A DNA stretch of 64,000 bases from Candidatus Hodarchaeota archaeon (GCA_048887165.1 JBHLJZ010000002.1:6146-70145), one strand, 5' to 3'; positions 19,999-30,265 are shown, counted from the first letter of the stretch. Translations and numbers: made by a program. Notes: a model not told the origin generated them from the letters alone.

Positions 19999-20106
19999 TT
20001 ATTGAAAAAAGAAGCTACTAAACACTAGTATCACGTAACCTAAAGCAAATAAAGCTGAAAACCCTATGATTGTAAGTATCAATGTATAAACCCTAGTGAA
20101 TTTCAT
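19999..20106 (-). CDS. Candidate 35-aa hydrophobic micro-protein
   Basis: Not in the ORF track. GGGGTGA SD lies exactly 7 nt upstream of the ATG. Translation is MKFTRVYTLILTIIGFSALFALGYVILVFSSFFFQ, a single TM helix. Confidence 0.4.
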   Translation of the reverse strand: MKFTRVYTLILTIIGFSALFALGYVILVFSSFFFQ

Positions 20107-20324
20107 TTTACTTTCACCCCTAATAAACCCCATTATCACTCTATCTAGCTAAATAGACTATATAAAACTTCTCTATATAGTATATAGCTAATTAGCAATA
20201 ATTACAAATTATAAATTAAAAATCTTAGCATCATTCAACTTTTTTTTTATTCTATTTATAATTGAATTTAGTTAGATACTCAAGAAATAATTAAATATAA
20301 TAATTTTAATGAGGTGAAATTTTC

Positions 20325-20432
20325 GTGATTGAAGTCAAATGTTCTAAATGTGGAGAAAGTTTTGAAGGAAAAACAGAAAAAAAAGGAAAGAAAAAATTAA
20401 TGAAGCACGCAAAAAAGCATCATTCAAACTAA
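20325..20432 (+). CDS. Candidate 35-aa zinc-finger-like basic micro-protein
   Basis: Not in the ORF track. GAGGTGA SD lies 7 nt upstream of the GTG. Translation is VIEVKCSKCGESFEGKTEKKGKKKLMKHAKKHHSN, with a CxxC...HxxxH(H) arrangement. Confidence 0.45.
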   Translation: MIEVKCSKCGESFEGKTEKKGKKKLMKHAKKHHSN

Positions 20433-20897
20433 ATTCTAATTATTTTTTCATTTTTTTTATGTAGGAAAACGTTTGGAAAATGAGTTTATAGAAAATGAAA
20501 TACCAGTAATAGTTAATGCAATTAATTGTTTAATTGATTTTTACATAATAATTTAGAATATTATACTTTCTTCCTATAATATTATAGTAATTACAATCAA
20601 AATAATTAAAATTATTACTGCAGCAATAATAGTACATATACAATTTAAATCTGTTCCATCAAAATCTGCCGTCATTTTTGAAAAAAAAATTACCCAATTA
20701 CTCCTTTGATTAATACTTTGGATTATTATTATATTTAAAACTTTATAATTGTAAAATTCATACCTTTATTTCAGTGAAATAAGGTCATTAATCTTGTAAT
20801 CCATCATTATTATTAGAGCTTTAATATTAAAGATTTTTCTAAAAGAATTAAGATAAATTTTAAAAAAAATAAAATGAATTTTATTTAGCAATACATC

Positions 20898-22061
20898 TTA
20901 TCGTTTTAATTTTGCTGAAACCCAATCATAATAACCTAAATCTTCCATAGTTTGTGGCATGTCAGCAAAAAATTGGGCCGTAATATCTTTAACATGTTTA
21001 GCAGCTACTGGGTGGAACATCATCGCGAGATCTAAACCTACCAAACTTAAGGAAAGTGCATTTATTATTTCCCAAATAGGACCTCGATACTGTCGTAGAC
21101 CCCATTCTGGGGCTTGCTTTTCACTCATCCAAGCTTCGCGAGCACCCCATGCGTTAGTAGTACCGCCACTAATAGGATATGCTAAATCCTCTTCACCTAA
21201 GAGCCCAGCAATACGCATTCTCTGATAAATACTGAAAGAATACTCCATTCCATAGCCAAGCGTTGCACATGTGGGATCCATCACAATTCGATTGCGTGGA
21301 AGTCCAAGTTCAATCGCATCCTTATTCATTTTAATTTGATTATTTAGATCAAGAGAAGTCCATAGTAAACAATTATGATCATGTTTTACTGCTAATGGTA
21401 TAACTTCTTCCCAAGTTGCTTTATCTGCAGCTGAGAGCATTAGAACTTCACTTTCTGTAGCTGCAGCAGTAACTTTAAATAATTCAATGTCCTTTGCTTT
21501 ATTTCCAGAGCACCCTATGATAACAGGAACATCAACAGCTTGAAGTATGTCTTCAAGAAACTTTACTGATTGAGAAACTGGAGCGTCACCCATTGCTGGA
21601 TCAATTTCTAGTGAATGAAAAGTAATACATTCAGCTCCAAACTTATCAACTGCAAATTTCGCCCATTGAGCGGGTCTTGCTAAGACTTCCCCATACTCTT
21701 GCTTAATAGGTTTTGGAAGCATCATTTTGGAACCCATATCGAATACATCATAAGTAACCAATGGCGGGTTTGGATTTCGTTTGTCTAATCCAAGAAAGTT
21801 GTAAAAAGGAGGGACAACTTCTCCACCAATGACAGCCTTCTTTCCATTGGATCGAACAAATTCAATAGTCTGAATTTTTCCTGGGAATTCTAAATCTAAT
21901 GAAAATTTAGTTGGAGTCCATTCAGCTTTACCTATTCCTGGTAAAACAGCTTGGGCAGCAGCTTGAACGATACTTGGCAGCATTTGAAACTCTAGATATT
22001 CTGCGAATAAATCTACATCCTTTAATTCAATTTCTTCAGTTTCTTTCATTAATTCGGCCAA
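20898..22061 (-). CDS. cdhD: Acetyl-CoA decarbonylase/synthase complex subunit delta (corrinoid Fe-S protein small subunit)
   Basis: Strong family stretches: ITFHSLEIDP, VPVIIGCSGN, DPTCATLGYG, GGTTNAWGAREAWM, QYRGPIWEI. The listed start is TTG at 22061. The exact start is uncertain (ATG at 22049, or an upstream ATA after GAAGTGA). Confidence 0.85.
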   Translation of the reverse strand: MAELMKETEEIELKDVDLFAEYLEFQMLPSIVQAAAQAVLPGIGKAEWTPTKFSLDLEFPGKIQTIEFVRSNGKKAVIGGEVVPPFYNFLGLDKRNPNPPLVTYDVFDMGSKMMLPKPIKQEYGEVLARPAQWAKFAVDKFGAECITFHSLEIDPAMGDAPVSQSVKFLEDILQAVDVPVIIGCSGNKAKDIELFKVTAAATESEVLMLSAADKATWEEVIPLAVKHDHNCLLWTSLDLNNQIKMNKDAIELGLPRNRIVMDPTCATLGYGMEYSFSIYQRMRIAGLLGEEDLAYPISGGTTNAWGAREAWMSEKQAPEWGLRQYRGPIWEIINALSLSLVGLDLAMMFHPVAAKHVKDITAQFFADMPQTMEDLGYYDWVSAKLKR

Positions 22062-22291
22062 TTTTTTACTAATCTCATCAAATGATATTTTTAATCACTT
22101 CATTTTATTGTGAAATCATATAGATAGGCTATTGTTGAATAGAATTTAAAATTATGTGATGGAAATTGATCAATGATCGCTCGACTCCATTAATATTGGA
22201 TGATTTCCTTAAAAAAATTAACATTACATTATCGAAATTGATAATCATTTAAATAGTAGTCATTATTAAAATCCGACAATGAAATTCGATA

Positions 22292-22813
22292 TTAAACACT
22301 TTTTTTTTTAATGACTTTTCTATATTTTAAGAGAATTATAAATGATACTGGTAATAATACTGAGAACAGTAGAATTTTTAGATGATATCCAGGGATAATT
22401 GGGAGATAATACCTTGTTAAATCTTTATTACAGTAAAGGGAAAAGATATCTGGTCCATTTTCTAATAGGATAAGTTGAATATAATAAATTTTAGATTGAG
22501 TAGCGTTATAATTTATATATGGATTTTCAATTAGACTATAATTTATTGCGATATCAAAAATTTCCTCATTAAGGCTTTTATCGAATTTAATATAATCTTT
22601 ATTAGGGCGTCTATCGAACAGGAATAAAGTAAAATTACCTTCATTAGCATGAGTCACATTTACTTCAATTACTTCACCTGCATCTAGATTAACTAAAAAG
22701 AAGATAGAAATACCATCGTTAATGCTATCTATATATTCAAAAGCAAAAACATTCGAGACTGGTATTAAAGTAAATAATAGAATTACTGATATTATTGTTA
22801 TTCTCTTTTTCAT
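22292..22813 (-). CDS. Secreted/anchored hypothetical protein (signal peptide, PPC-like beta domain, C-terminal TM)
   Basis: N-terminal hydrophobic leader MKKRITIISVILLFTLIPVSNVFA and a C-terminal TM. The central region resembles pre-peptidase C-terminal (PPC) domains. Confidence 0.5.
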   Translation of the reverse strand: MKKRITIISVILLFTLIPVSNVFAFEYIDSINDGISIFFLVNLDAGEVIEVNVTHANEGNFTLFLFDRRPNKDYIKFDKSLNEEIFDIAINYSLIENPYINYNATQSKIYYIQLILLENGPDIFSLYCNKDLTRYYLPIIPGYHLKILLFSVLLPVSFIILLKYRKVIKKKSV

Positions 22814-23017
22814 TTTAATTAATATTTATAGCATATTGAAATTCAAATGATAATATGATCTTATGATTGTTTATTTTTTAAAATCTAGGTTTTAAGACCG
22901 ATCTTTTAAAAATTGTCAAAAATTTGTATAGTAGAAATTTTTTAGTATAACCGATTAATTTCATTATTAATCAATGGATGAATATAGCAACATAAGTATA
23001 AGGATAATTATTCTAAA

Positions 23018-23890
23018 ATGAATCTTAAGAATTTAGATTTTGAGAAGCATCAAGGATTAGGAAATGATTATATAATTATAAATAATCAGAAATGGCAGAT
23101 TCCTGACGACTCTAAAAGTAAATTAGCTTCCATTTTATGCACACCTCACTTTTCAATTGGAGCAGATGGTATGCTATTTGTCTGTAATTCTGAAAGAGCA
23201 GATATAAGTATGAAAATGTTTAATCCAGATGGTAGTGAAGCTGAAATGTGTGGTAACGGGATTAGATGCTTTGCTAAATACATTTATGAAAATAATATTT
23301 TAAAAAAAGAAATGATAGAAATAGAGACTATTAAAGGAATAATTTCTGCTAAATTATATCTCGATAATTTGATTGTTAAATCGGTAAGAATAAATATGGG
23401 TCCTCCTATTTTAGATTGCGACCTAATTCCGGTTAATTTGGATGATAATATAGATAGATGTGTTAATGAATCGATTGTTATATTAGATAAAATATTTAAA
23501 TTCACAGCAGTTTCTATGGGTAATCCTCATGCTATAATCTTTACAAATGAAAAATTTAATGATGAAGATTTAAATAAATATGGTGCTGCCATTGAGTCGC
23601 ATAAATATTTTCCAAGAAAAACAAATGTTGAATTTGTCAATGTAATATCAAAGGAGGAAGCTCAATTAAGAGTTTTTGAAAGGGGGGTTGGCATCACCCA
23701 ATCTTGCGGAACCGGAACTTGTGCAGCTGTAGTGGCAGGGACCATCTTAGGTAAATTTACTAAAAATATTCCTGTAAAAATACATAATGATGGAGGAGAT
23801 CTAATCATCACTTTTGATGGTAAAAATGTTTTTATGGAAGGACCTGCTGAAAGAGTCTTTAGAGGCATAATAGATGAAATAGAATTCTAA
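23018..23890 (+). CDS. dapF: Diaminopimelate epimerase
   Basis: GLGNDYIIIN, the catalytic Cys motifs MCGNGIRCF and SCGTGTCA, and GNPHAIIF. Confidence 0.9.
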   Translation: MNLKNLDFEKHQGLGNDYIIINNQKWQIPDDSKSKLASILCTPHFSIGADGMLFVCNSERADISMKMFNPDGSEAEMCGNGIRCFAKYIYENNILKKEMIEIETIKGIISAKLYLDNLIVKSVRINMGPPILDCDLIPVNLDDNIDRCVNESIVILDKIFKFTAVSMGNPHAIIFTNEKFNDEDLNKYGAAIESHKYFPRKTNVEFVNVISKEEAQLRVFERGVGITQSCGTGTCAAVVAGTILGKFTKNIPVKIHNDGGDLIITFDGKNVFMEGPAERVFRGIIDEIEF

Positions 23891-23942
23891 ACTAAGAGGT
23901 TTGTCTCAAGACTAGTTAATTTATTATTTAGTGAGATGAGAA

Positions 23943-25256
23943 ATGAATTATAAAGATTGGTTAAGGAGAAAGGATTTAGAATATCAAAATGGAATTTTGC
24001 ATATTGCAGACGTTAATACTCTCGATTTAGCTAAAAAATTCGCAACCCCCGTTTACATTGTAAATGAAAGATTAATAAGAGAACGATACAGGACTCTCAA
24101 ACAGGTTTTAAATTCTGAGTATAGTAATAATCAAATTCATTATGCTGTTAAGGCAAATACAAACTTGTCTGTATTGAAAATCCTTCTGTCAGAGGGGTCA
24201 AGTTTCGATTGTTCATCTATCGGAGAAATATATTCTTGCTTTAAAGCTGGAGCAAAAGCGAAACAGATAATTTATACTGGAAATATGTTTACAAATGAAG
24301 ATTTTCAATTTGCCGTGGAAAATGACATATTGATTAATTTAGATAGTATTAGTCAAATAAAGAGATTAGCTAAAATTTATGATGACTTAGGCAAGGAAAA
24401 AAATACAATTTCTTTTAGAATCAATCCTGAATTTGGAGCAGGTCATCATGTTCATACAATAACCGCAGGTAAAGAGATAAAATTTGGTATATTGGATCAT
24501 CAAGTTATAGAAGCATATTCAAAAGCTAAAGAATTCGGATTTGAAAAATTTGGAACACATATCCATATTGGCTCAGGTATTATTAATGCTTCTGATTATA
24601 AAAAAGCAATTAATAAATATTTAGAGATAATAATTAATTTGGCAGATACATTGGATATAACCTTTGAGTTTCTTGATTTTGGTGGAGGTTTAGGAATACC
24701 ATATCGTCCTGAAGAAGATCCATTGGATTTAACCCTATATAAAGATGTAGTTATGACAAGATTTAAAGAAACTATTACTAATATGGGGATTGAAGAACCT
24801 GAATTTAAGATTGAACCTGGTCGTTATTTATCAGCCGAAGCAAGTATAATTTTAACTCAAATAAATACGATTAAAGATAATGGATTTAAATTATTTGCTG
24901 GAGTTGATGCTGGATTTAATACTTTAATTAGACCGACGTTATACGGTTCATACCATCATATAATTAATTGTGATATAAAAAATAAAGAAAACTTTTACAC
25001 ATACGATATTGCAGGGCCAATTTGTGAATCTGGCGATATTCTTGGAAAAGACAGAGAAATGTTAGAATTAAAGGAAGGTGAAATACTCGCAATTCTTGAT
25101 ACAGGAGCTTATGGCCATGTAATGAGTAGCCAATATAATTCTAGACCCCGTCCAGCTGAAATCTTAATCTGTGATGGTAAATCATTTAAGATCAGAGAAG
25201 AAGAGAATTTCGAAGATCTTTTAAACCACCAATCCATCCCCGAACATTTAAAATAA
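23943..25256 (+). CDS. lysA: Diaminopimelate decarboxylase
   Basis: PLP lysine motif HYAVKAN, FGGGLGIPY and CESGD. GTGAGATGAG SD is upstream. Confidence 0.9.
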   Translation: MNYKDWLRRKDLEYQNGILHIADVNTLDLAKKFATPVYIVNERLIRERYRTLKQVLNSEYSNNQIHYAVKANTNLSVLKILLSEGSSFDCSSIGEIYSCFKAGAKAKQIIYTGNMFTNEDFQFAVENDILINLDSISQIKRLAKIYDDLGKEKNTISFRINPEFGAGHHVHTITAGKEIKFGILDHQVIEAYSKAKEFGFEKFGTHIHIGSGIINASDYKKAINKYLEIIINLADTLDITFEFLDFGGGLGIPYRPEEDPLDLTLYKDVVMTRFKETITNMGIEEPEFKIEPGRYLSAEASIILTQINTIKDNGFKLFAGVDAGFNTLIRPTLYGSYHHIINCDIKNKENFYTYDIAGPICESGDILGKDREMLELKEGEILAILDTGAYGHVMSSQYNSRPRPAEILICDGKSFKIREEENFEDLLNHQSIPEHLK

Positions 25257-25507
25257 ATCTATTAAAATAGAGAAGAAAAAAGATAAAAACTCAACTGATT
25301 TCTATTATCACGAGATAAAATTATAAAAAAAGGATGACCAAAGACAGGATACCCTTTGATCATTCGAAATGAAGAGTTGGCATATTGAAATCTGTGACTT
25401 ATAGATTAATGATAGAACTGATCTGCTCTGATAATCTTTTATAATTTTATCTCCTTATAGAAAAATCATCGAAAAAATCGCATTAATTATCCTACTTTCC
25501 ACCAAGT

Positions 25508-26329
25508 TTATAAGCCTAATATTTCATTAGTTGAAAATATTTTTGCTTCTTTTGCTTTAGCTATATATTTAATGGCTTTAATTGCTCCGTTAGCAAAACA
25601 TTCTCTACTATGAGCTTGATGTCTTAATTCAATTCTTTCTCCAGGACCAGCGTATAAAACAGTATGATCTCCCACAATATCACCCCCACGAATAGCATGA
25701 ACTCCTATTTCGTTCTTAGCACCCACTTTCCTTTTATTAAGCCCCTTTGAACGTCCAAATTTTATAGTTTCCTCTGGATCGCACCCAAGAGTATCACAGA
25801 TTGTATTAGCAATCCTCAATGCTGTCCCTGAAGGCACATCTGCCTTGCGATGATGATGACTTTCAATTACTTCAATATCCCAATCAGCTAAATATTTTGT
25901 CAATAATGCAGCCATTTTAAATAGAATGTTAACACCAGTAGCCATATTAGGAGAAATTACAGCAGGAGCCTGGTTTTGTTTTACTAATATTTCAAATTCT
26001 TCATAAAACTCTTTTGACATCGCAGTAGTACCAATAACGCAACGAATGCCATTTCTTACACATATTATACAATTCTTTTCTGTTGCTTCTGCTACAGTAA
26101 AATCAACTGCAACATCTGGATTTGTTTCTTCAATAATTTTTTGGAGATTATTAACATTTGTGATTATAATATTATTTGGATCCTTTGAACTAACAAGCGA
26201 ACTTAATGGTTCTCCAATATGGGAAACATCACAAGCCGCAACAATTTGGATTTCTGGTTCATTTAAAGCTAATTCACTAATTAATTTACCCATGGAACCT
26301 GATGGGCCTAAAATTAACAATTTTATCAA
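25508..26329 (-). CDS. dapB: 4-hydroxy-tetrahydrodipicolinate reductase
   Basis: GPSGSMGK dinucleotide fold and ESHHHRKADVPSGTA signature. TTG start lies 25 nt after the dapA stop. Confidence 0.9.
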   Translation of the reverse strand: MIKLLILGPSGSMGKLISELALNEPEIQIVAACDVSHIGEPLSSLVSSKDPNNIIITNVNNLQKIIEETNPDVAVDFTVAEATEKNCIICVRNGIRCVIGTTAMSKEFYEEFEILVKQNQAPAVISPNMATGVNILFKMAALLTKYLADWDIEVIESHHHRKADVPSGTALRIANTICDTLGCDPEETIKFGRSKGLNKRKVGAKNEIGVHAIRGGDIVGDHTVLYAGPGERIELRHQAHSRECFANGAIKAIKYIAKAKEAKIFSTNEILGL

Positions 26330-26354
26330 ACTAATCTTACCACTACTTTCTCTT

Positions 26355-27263
26355 TTAAATTAGTTTTAAATTTTTTAAAACTTGTTTTATCTTTTCTTGA
26401 TTCTCATCCAATGGAGGCGTAAGCGGCAATCTCATTCTTTTATTTATTATACCCATTACTTCAGCAGTAAATTTTACTGGACCGGGATTGCTTTCAATAA
26501 ATAATACTTTAAACAGATCATATAATTTTAATTGTAATTCTCTTGCTTTAATCCAATTACTTTCATTCATAGCCCGAGTGAACTCTACCATTTCAGCGGG
26601 AATAATGTTTGAAGCTACACTTATTACTCCAATTCCTCCTAACGCCATTATATGATAAGTAAGAGCGTCATCTCCACTTAAGACAATGAAGTCATCTGGA
26701 GTTGACTTTATTATCTTTGTTATTTGATCAATATTTCCACTAGCACATTTTATACCTACGATATTTTCTTTAAGTTTTGATAATTTTGATACTGTTTCAG
26801 GCTCTAAATTCGTTCCAGTACGACTAGGAACATTGTATAAAATAATTGGTAATGATACTGAATCAGCGATAATTGAGAAATGATCAATCAAAGAATGTTG
26901 TGCTGGTTTGTTGTAATAGGGAACTACTATGAGTAATCCATCTGCTCCTGCTTTCTCAGCGTACTTACATAGTGATATCGACTCTTTAGTGGAATTACTT
27001 CCTGCACCCGCTAAAACAAAAGGATCTTTTCCACTTTTCTTCGCCTCATCTATAGCTATATCCATAGCTACATGATGTTCTTCATGAGACATAGTAGCGC
27101 TTTCACCAGTTGTCCCCATCGTTAAAATTTGACAGCCGTTATCTATTTGAAACTTAATGAATTTTCGATATGCATGCTCATCTAGATTAAGATTTTCATC
27201 AAAAGGTGTAATCATCGCTGTTATTACATTTTTTAGTTTTTCTAATTTTGACATATCTATCAT
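26355..27263 (-). CDS. dapA: 4-hydroxy-tetrahydrodipicolinate synthase
   Basis: GTTGESATMS, YNVPSRTG and the IVGIKCASG lysine region. Confidence 0.9.
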   Translation of the reverse strand: MIDMSKLEKLKNVITAMITPFDENLNLDEHAYRKFIKFQIDNGCQILTMGTTGESATMSHEEHHVAMDIAIDEAKKSGKDPFVLAGAGSNSTKESISLCKYAEKAGADGLLIVVPYYNKPAQHSLIDHFSIIADSVSLPIILYNVPSRTGTNLEPETVSKLSKLKENIVGIKCASGNIDQITKIIKSTPDDFIVLSGDDALTYHIMALGGIGVISVASNIIPAEMVEFTRAMNESNWIKARELQLKLYDLFKVLFIESNPGPVKFTAEVMGIINKRMRLPLTPPLDENQEKIKQVLKNLKLI

Positions 27264-27391
27264 TCAGTGAAATATCTAAAAATCTATTTAAAATATAAAT
27301 TGTTCGAATTACCTTTTAAGGATTATTAATAATTTTTAAATAATATAATTAAGAACATCTAGTTCAAGGTAAATATTAATTTTAATTAGAG

Positions 27392-28402
27392 ATGAAAATT
27401 AATTATTTAGATAAATTTTCTGGGACTCTATTAGGAGTAGCTTGTGGTGATACTTTAGGGCACCCATTTGAAGGGTGGTTAAGAGAAAAAATTTTCACTA
27501 ATTTCGATGATTTTGAGACGTTTATAGAAGACAATAAAAAAAAATTCAATACTTATACCGATGACACTCAGTTAACATTACATACTGCAGAAGCTTTAAT
27601 TCAAGGAAATGGTTTTAAAGTTCACAATTTTATCAGTGAATACATTAAATGGTTAGATGATCCTCCTATTGGACCTGGTTATGGATGTCTTACGTCTATA
27701 CGTAAACTAAAATATGGAATATCTTGGGAGAAGGCGTCTTCTAATTCGGGTGGGAATGGGACTGCAATGAGGGTTTCTCCTATAGGTCTTTTTTATTGTA
27801 ATGATATAGAAAATCTCATTAAAGCTGCCTTAAAATCAAGTATAATAACTCATTCCCATCCAGCAGCCTCCGTGGGAGCAATAGTGATAGCTAGAGCAAT
27901 TGCGTATCTTATTGATAAAGTACCTGATAAAGGATTTTCCATAGATGAATTTTTTGAAACAATAATATCATCTATTTCAAATTCAGATGTAGAAATATGG
28001 AATGAATTTATAGATATCTTAAATAAGGTAAAAACTAATCTTAATACCAATATCGAGGCTGGATTAATAAAGTTCTCGCAAATTGGTGTAAAATCGCCTT
28101 ACTTCATAGAACAATACTTAGGTAAAGCATTTGTGCATCCTTATACACTTAGCACCGTAGCTTGTGCAATTTTTATTTTCTTGAAAAATTTAAAATCTTT
28201 TAAAAATTGCATCTTTACATTAGCTACTGCTGGAGGTGACAGTGATACTGTAGGAGCAATTGGAGGAAGTTTGGCAGGAGCTTATTTTGGTTTACAAAGT
28301 ATCCCGATGGAGCTTTTAAAGCTAATAAAAAATTATAAAAAAATTTTAAGAATAAGTGAAGAGCTGTGTAATATTTTTAAGAAAAAATATAACATTAGCT
28401 AA
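27392..28402 (+). CDS. ADP-ribosylglycohydrolase family protein
   Basis: GVACGDTLGHPFEG, YTDDTQLT, GNGTAMRVSPIG and GGDSDTVGAIGG motifs. Confidence 0.85.
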   Translation: MKINYLDKFSGTLLGVACGDTLGHPFEGWLREKIFTNFDDFETFIEDNKKKFNTYTDDTQLTLHTAEALIQGNGFKVHNFISEYIKWLDDPPIGPGYGCLTSIRKLKYGISWEKASSNSGGNGTAMRVSPIGLFYCNDIENLIKAALKSSIITHSHPAASVGAIVIARAIAYLIDKVPDKGFSIDEFFETIISSISNSDVEIWNEFIDILNKVKTNLNTNIEAGLIKFSQIGVKSPYFIEQYLGKAFVHPYTLSTVACAIFIFLKNLKSFKNCIFTLATAGGDSDTVGAIGGSLAGAYFGLQSIPMELLKLIKNYKKILRISEELCNIFKKKYNIS

Positions 28403-28973
28403 AACTATTTAAAATATTATCTAACTCCTTAGCGCATAAATCACAAAATATTGGTGGTTTATTATCCGTATCTCCAATCCAATTAGAGAAGATCATTATG
28501 CATTGGTTATTGCAATGAATTAGACCTAAAGTATGTCCAATTTCATGAATTGCTTCCTTTAATACTCTTAATTCAAATAATGAGGAGTTCTCTTTCCTAT
28601 TCCAGAACTGTTCCCTAAGACGGGTTACAGAGATTAAAGCAACAGGTGAAAATTGAAAAAACTCTCTCTCTGGGTTGCTCGCTGTGCCAAAAATGAAATT
28701 ATAGTTCCTAACATAAATGTCTTCATCCATTATTCCTAATATTCGAAAAAACTTTTTTTTACGATTATATTCGAGAAGTTTTTTCATAACTAAATCGGCC
28801 TTGTATTGCCTTCTTTTTCTATTATATTCTACCTCATTTAAGGGAATTACATCATTAAGGATTTCTACTGGTAGATTAAAATCCTTAAATGACCACTCCA
28901 AATTTTTCCTTAGTTTTACAAGAATTGATTTATCTATTTCACCGATTTGTTGAAGATGTATAACTTTTTTCAT
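28395..28973 (-). CDS. amzA: Archaemetzincin (zinc metalloprotease)
   Basis: Has HEIGHTLGLIHCNNQCIM...CDLC, i.e. HExxHxxGxxHC...C...CxxC. Its 3' end overlaps the convergent neighbour by 8 nt. Confidence 0.85.
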   Translation of the reverse strand: MKKVIHLQQIGEIDKSILVKLRKNLEWSFKDFNLPVEILNDVIPLNEVEYNRKRRQYKADLVMKKLLEYNRKKKFFRILGIMDEDIYVRNYNFIFGTASNPEREFFQFSPVALISVTRLREQFWNRKENSSLFELRVLKEAIHEIGHTLGLIHCNNQCIMIFSNWIGDTDNKPPIFCDLCAKELDNILNSFS

Positions 28974-29180
28974 TTTAGATAAATTAAAAGCCTTATTTAC
29001 TTCGCTTATTTATTATTTAATATACAATATTTGAGAGATTGTTATAAACTTTTACAAAAGAAAGAATAAGAATGAAAAAATTAAAAATTGAAAATTCATT
29101 TTAAAATTTGTTATTTACATTTATTAAAAAAAATTATGATTTAGAGAAGTTAGAAAATTAAGAATCCCTTCAGAAATAAC

Positions 29181-29254
29181 GGGAGGGTGGTCTAGCTTGG
29201 TATGATTCTTGGTTTGGGACCAAGGGGTCGGGGGTTCAAATCCCCCCTCTCCCA
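29181..29254 (+). tRNA. tRNA-Pro (anticodon UGG)
   Basis: Hand-folded cloverleaf. Acceptor GGGAGGG/CTCTCCC (one G-U). Anticodon stem CTTGG/CCAAG with loop TTTGGGA (UGG, G37). T arm GGGGG-TTCAAAT-CCCCC. Discriminator A. No encoded CCA and no intron. Confidence 0.9.
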
Positions 29255-29299
29255 TTTTTCGTGGTTATTCTTCTATTAGTTAAAAATGATCTTTAAGTT

Positions 29300-30235
29300 A
29301 TGAGCGATAAACATTCCCTTAATATTAAGGAAATTGTCATTAATCCTTTATTACAAAAGCTTAGAGAGAATCCGATTGCTAAGGAAAGCGAGAATTCATT
29401 CTTTGAAAGTTTTGATAGGACCAAAATCTTTTATCGTCTATGGCAACCAGAAACAATTAAAAAAATCTTAATTATCAATCATGGAATGGGTGGACATGGT
29501 GAATATTTTGTCTTATTAGCAGATCGATTAATTGAAAATGAGATTATGGTTATAGTTCCAGATTATAGAAATCATGGATTTTCAGAGGGAAAAAAAGGAG
29601 ATCTTAAAAAGTTTCGATATCTCTTGAAGGATCTGCATTGCTTTATAAACTTTATATCAAATAGATATAAAAATATCCCCATTTATTTATGCGGCGATAG
29701 TATGGGTGGGACAGTCTGTATTAATTTTGCTAAGGAGTTCCCGGAAACCTTTTTAAGCCTTTCAGGATTAGTATTGTTTTCTCCTGGAATTAAAATTAAA
29801 TTATCGAAAAAATTTTTACTTGGATTGATTTTTCTAGCTTTCCCATTATTTTTAATTAGAATTTGTTTTCCCTCCATTCCTATTATCTCGGTAAAAGGCA
29901 GAGAAGAACTAGGAATAAAAAATCGAATACATCAACAATATGATCGAGAGGATCCAATTCATCTAAAAAAGATTTCGACAAGATATCTTTTTCAATTGTT
30001 TAAATATATGCGAAAGACAAGAAAAATTGCTCCTTATATTCCTATTCCCACAGTAATTTTTCAAGGTACAGAAGATAAAGGAATTTCTATGAAATATGTT
30101 CAGATATTCTTTGAAAATATATCATTCAAAGATAAAAAGCTTGAATTAATAGAAGGAGGCTATCATGCTTTATTAACAGACCCAGACTTTCAAAATAAAT
30201 GGAGTGTTATGATTAATTGGTTTAAACAACATTAA
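29300..30235 (+). CDS. Alpha/beta hydrolase (lysophospholipase / monoacylglycerol-lipase-like)
   Basis: HGMGGHGEY oxyanion region, GDSMGG nucleophile elbow, C-terminal GGYHALL histidine. Confidence 0.8.
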   Translation: MSDKHSLNIKEIVINPLLQKLRENPIAKESENSFFESFDRTKIFYRLWQPETIKKILIINHGMGGHGEYFVLLADRLIENEIMVIVPDYRNHGFSEGKKGDLKKFRYLLKDLHCFINFISNRYKNIPIYLCGDSMGGTVCINFAKEFPETFLSLSGLVLFSPGIKIKLSKKFLLGLIFLAFPLFLIRICFPSIPIISVKGREELGIKNRIHQQYDREDPIHLKKISTRYLFQLFKYMRKTRKIAPYIPIPTVIFQGTEDKGISMKYVQIFFENISFKDKKLELIEGGYHALLTDPDFQNKWSVMINWFKQH

Positions 30236-30265
30236 TTATTAAATTAAATATCTTAACTTTTAATT

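Noticed and set aside
20574-20675. Third micro-ORF (33 aa, MTADFDGTDLNCICTIIAAVIILIILIVITIIL) in the gene-poor region.
   Set aside because: The only SD-like element (AAGGAG) is about 27 nt upstream of the ATG, far outside the 4-9 nt spacing seen for real genes here. A hydrophobic translation is expected by chance from T-rich DNA.
25331-25400. Possible C/D-box sRNA or riboswitch-like element in the convergent lysA/dapB spacer (GGATGACC...TTGA...ATGAAGA...CTGTGA).
   Set aside because: The boxes do not match RUGAUGA/CUGA, and the box-to-box spacers (about 16-18 nt) do not fit the about 12-nt archaeal guide spacing. All that remains is an imperfect 10-bp hairpin (25334-25343 / 25354-25363), more likely a 3'-end structure.
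28395-28402. Convergent 3'-end overlaps (8 nt between the ADP-ribosylglycohydrolase and archaemetzincin genes; 4 nt at 61077-61080 between ADH and GTPase) as regulatory features.
   Set aside because: Short stop-codon overlaps of convergent genes are common in compact genomes. Nothing in the sequence suggests a specific function.
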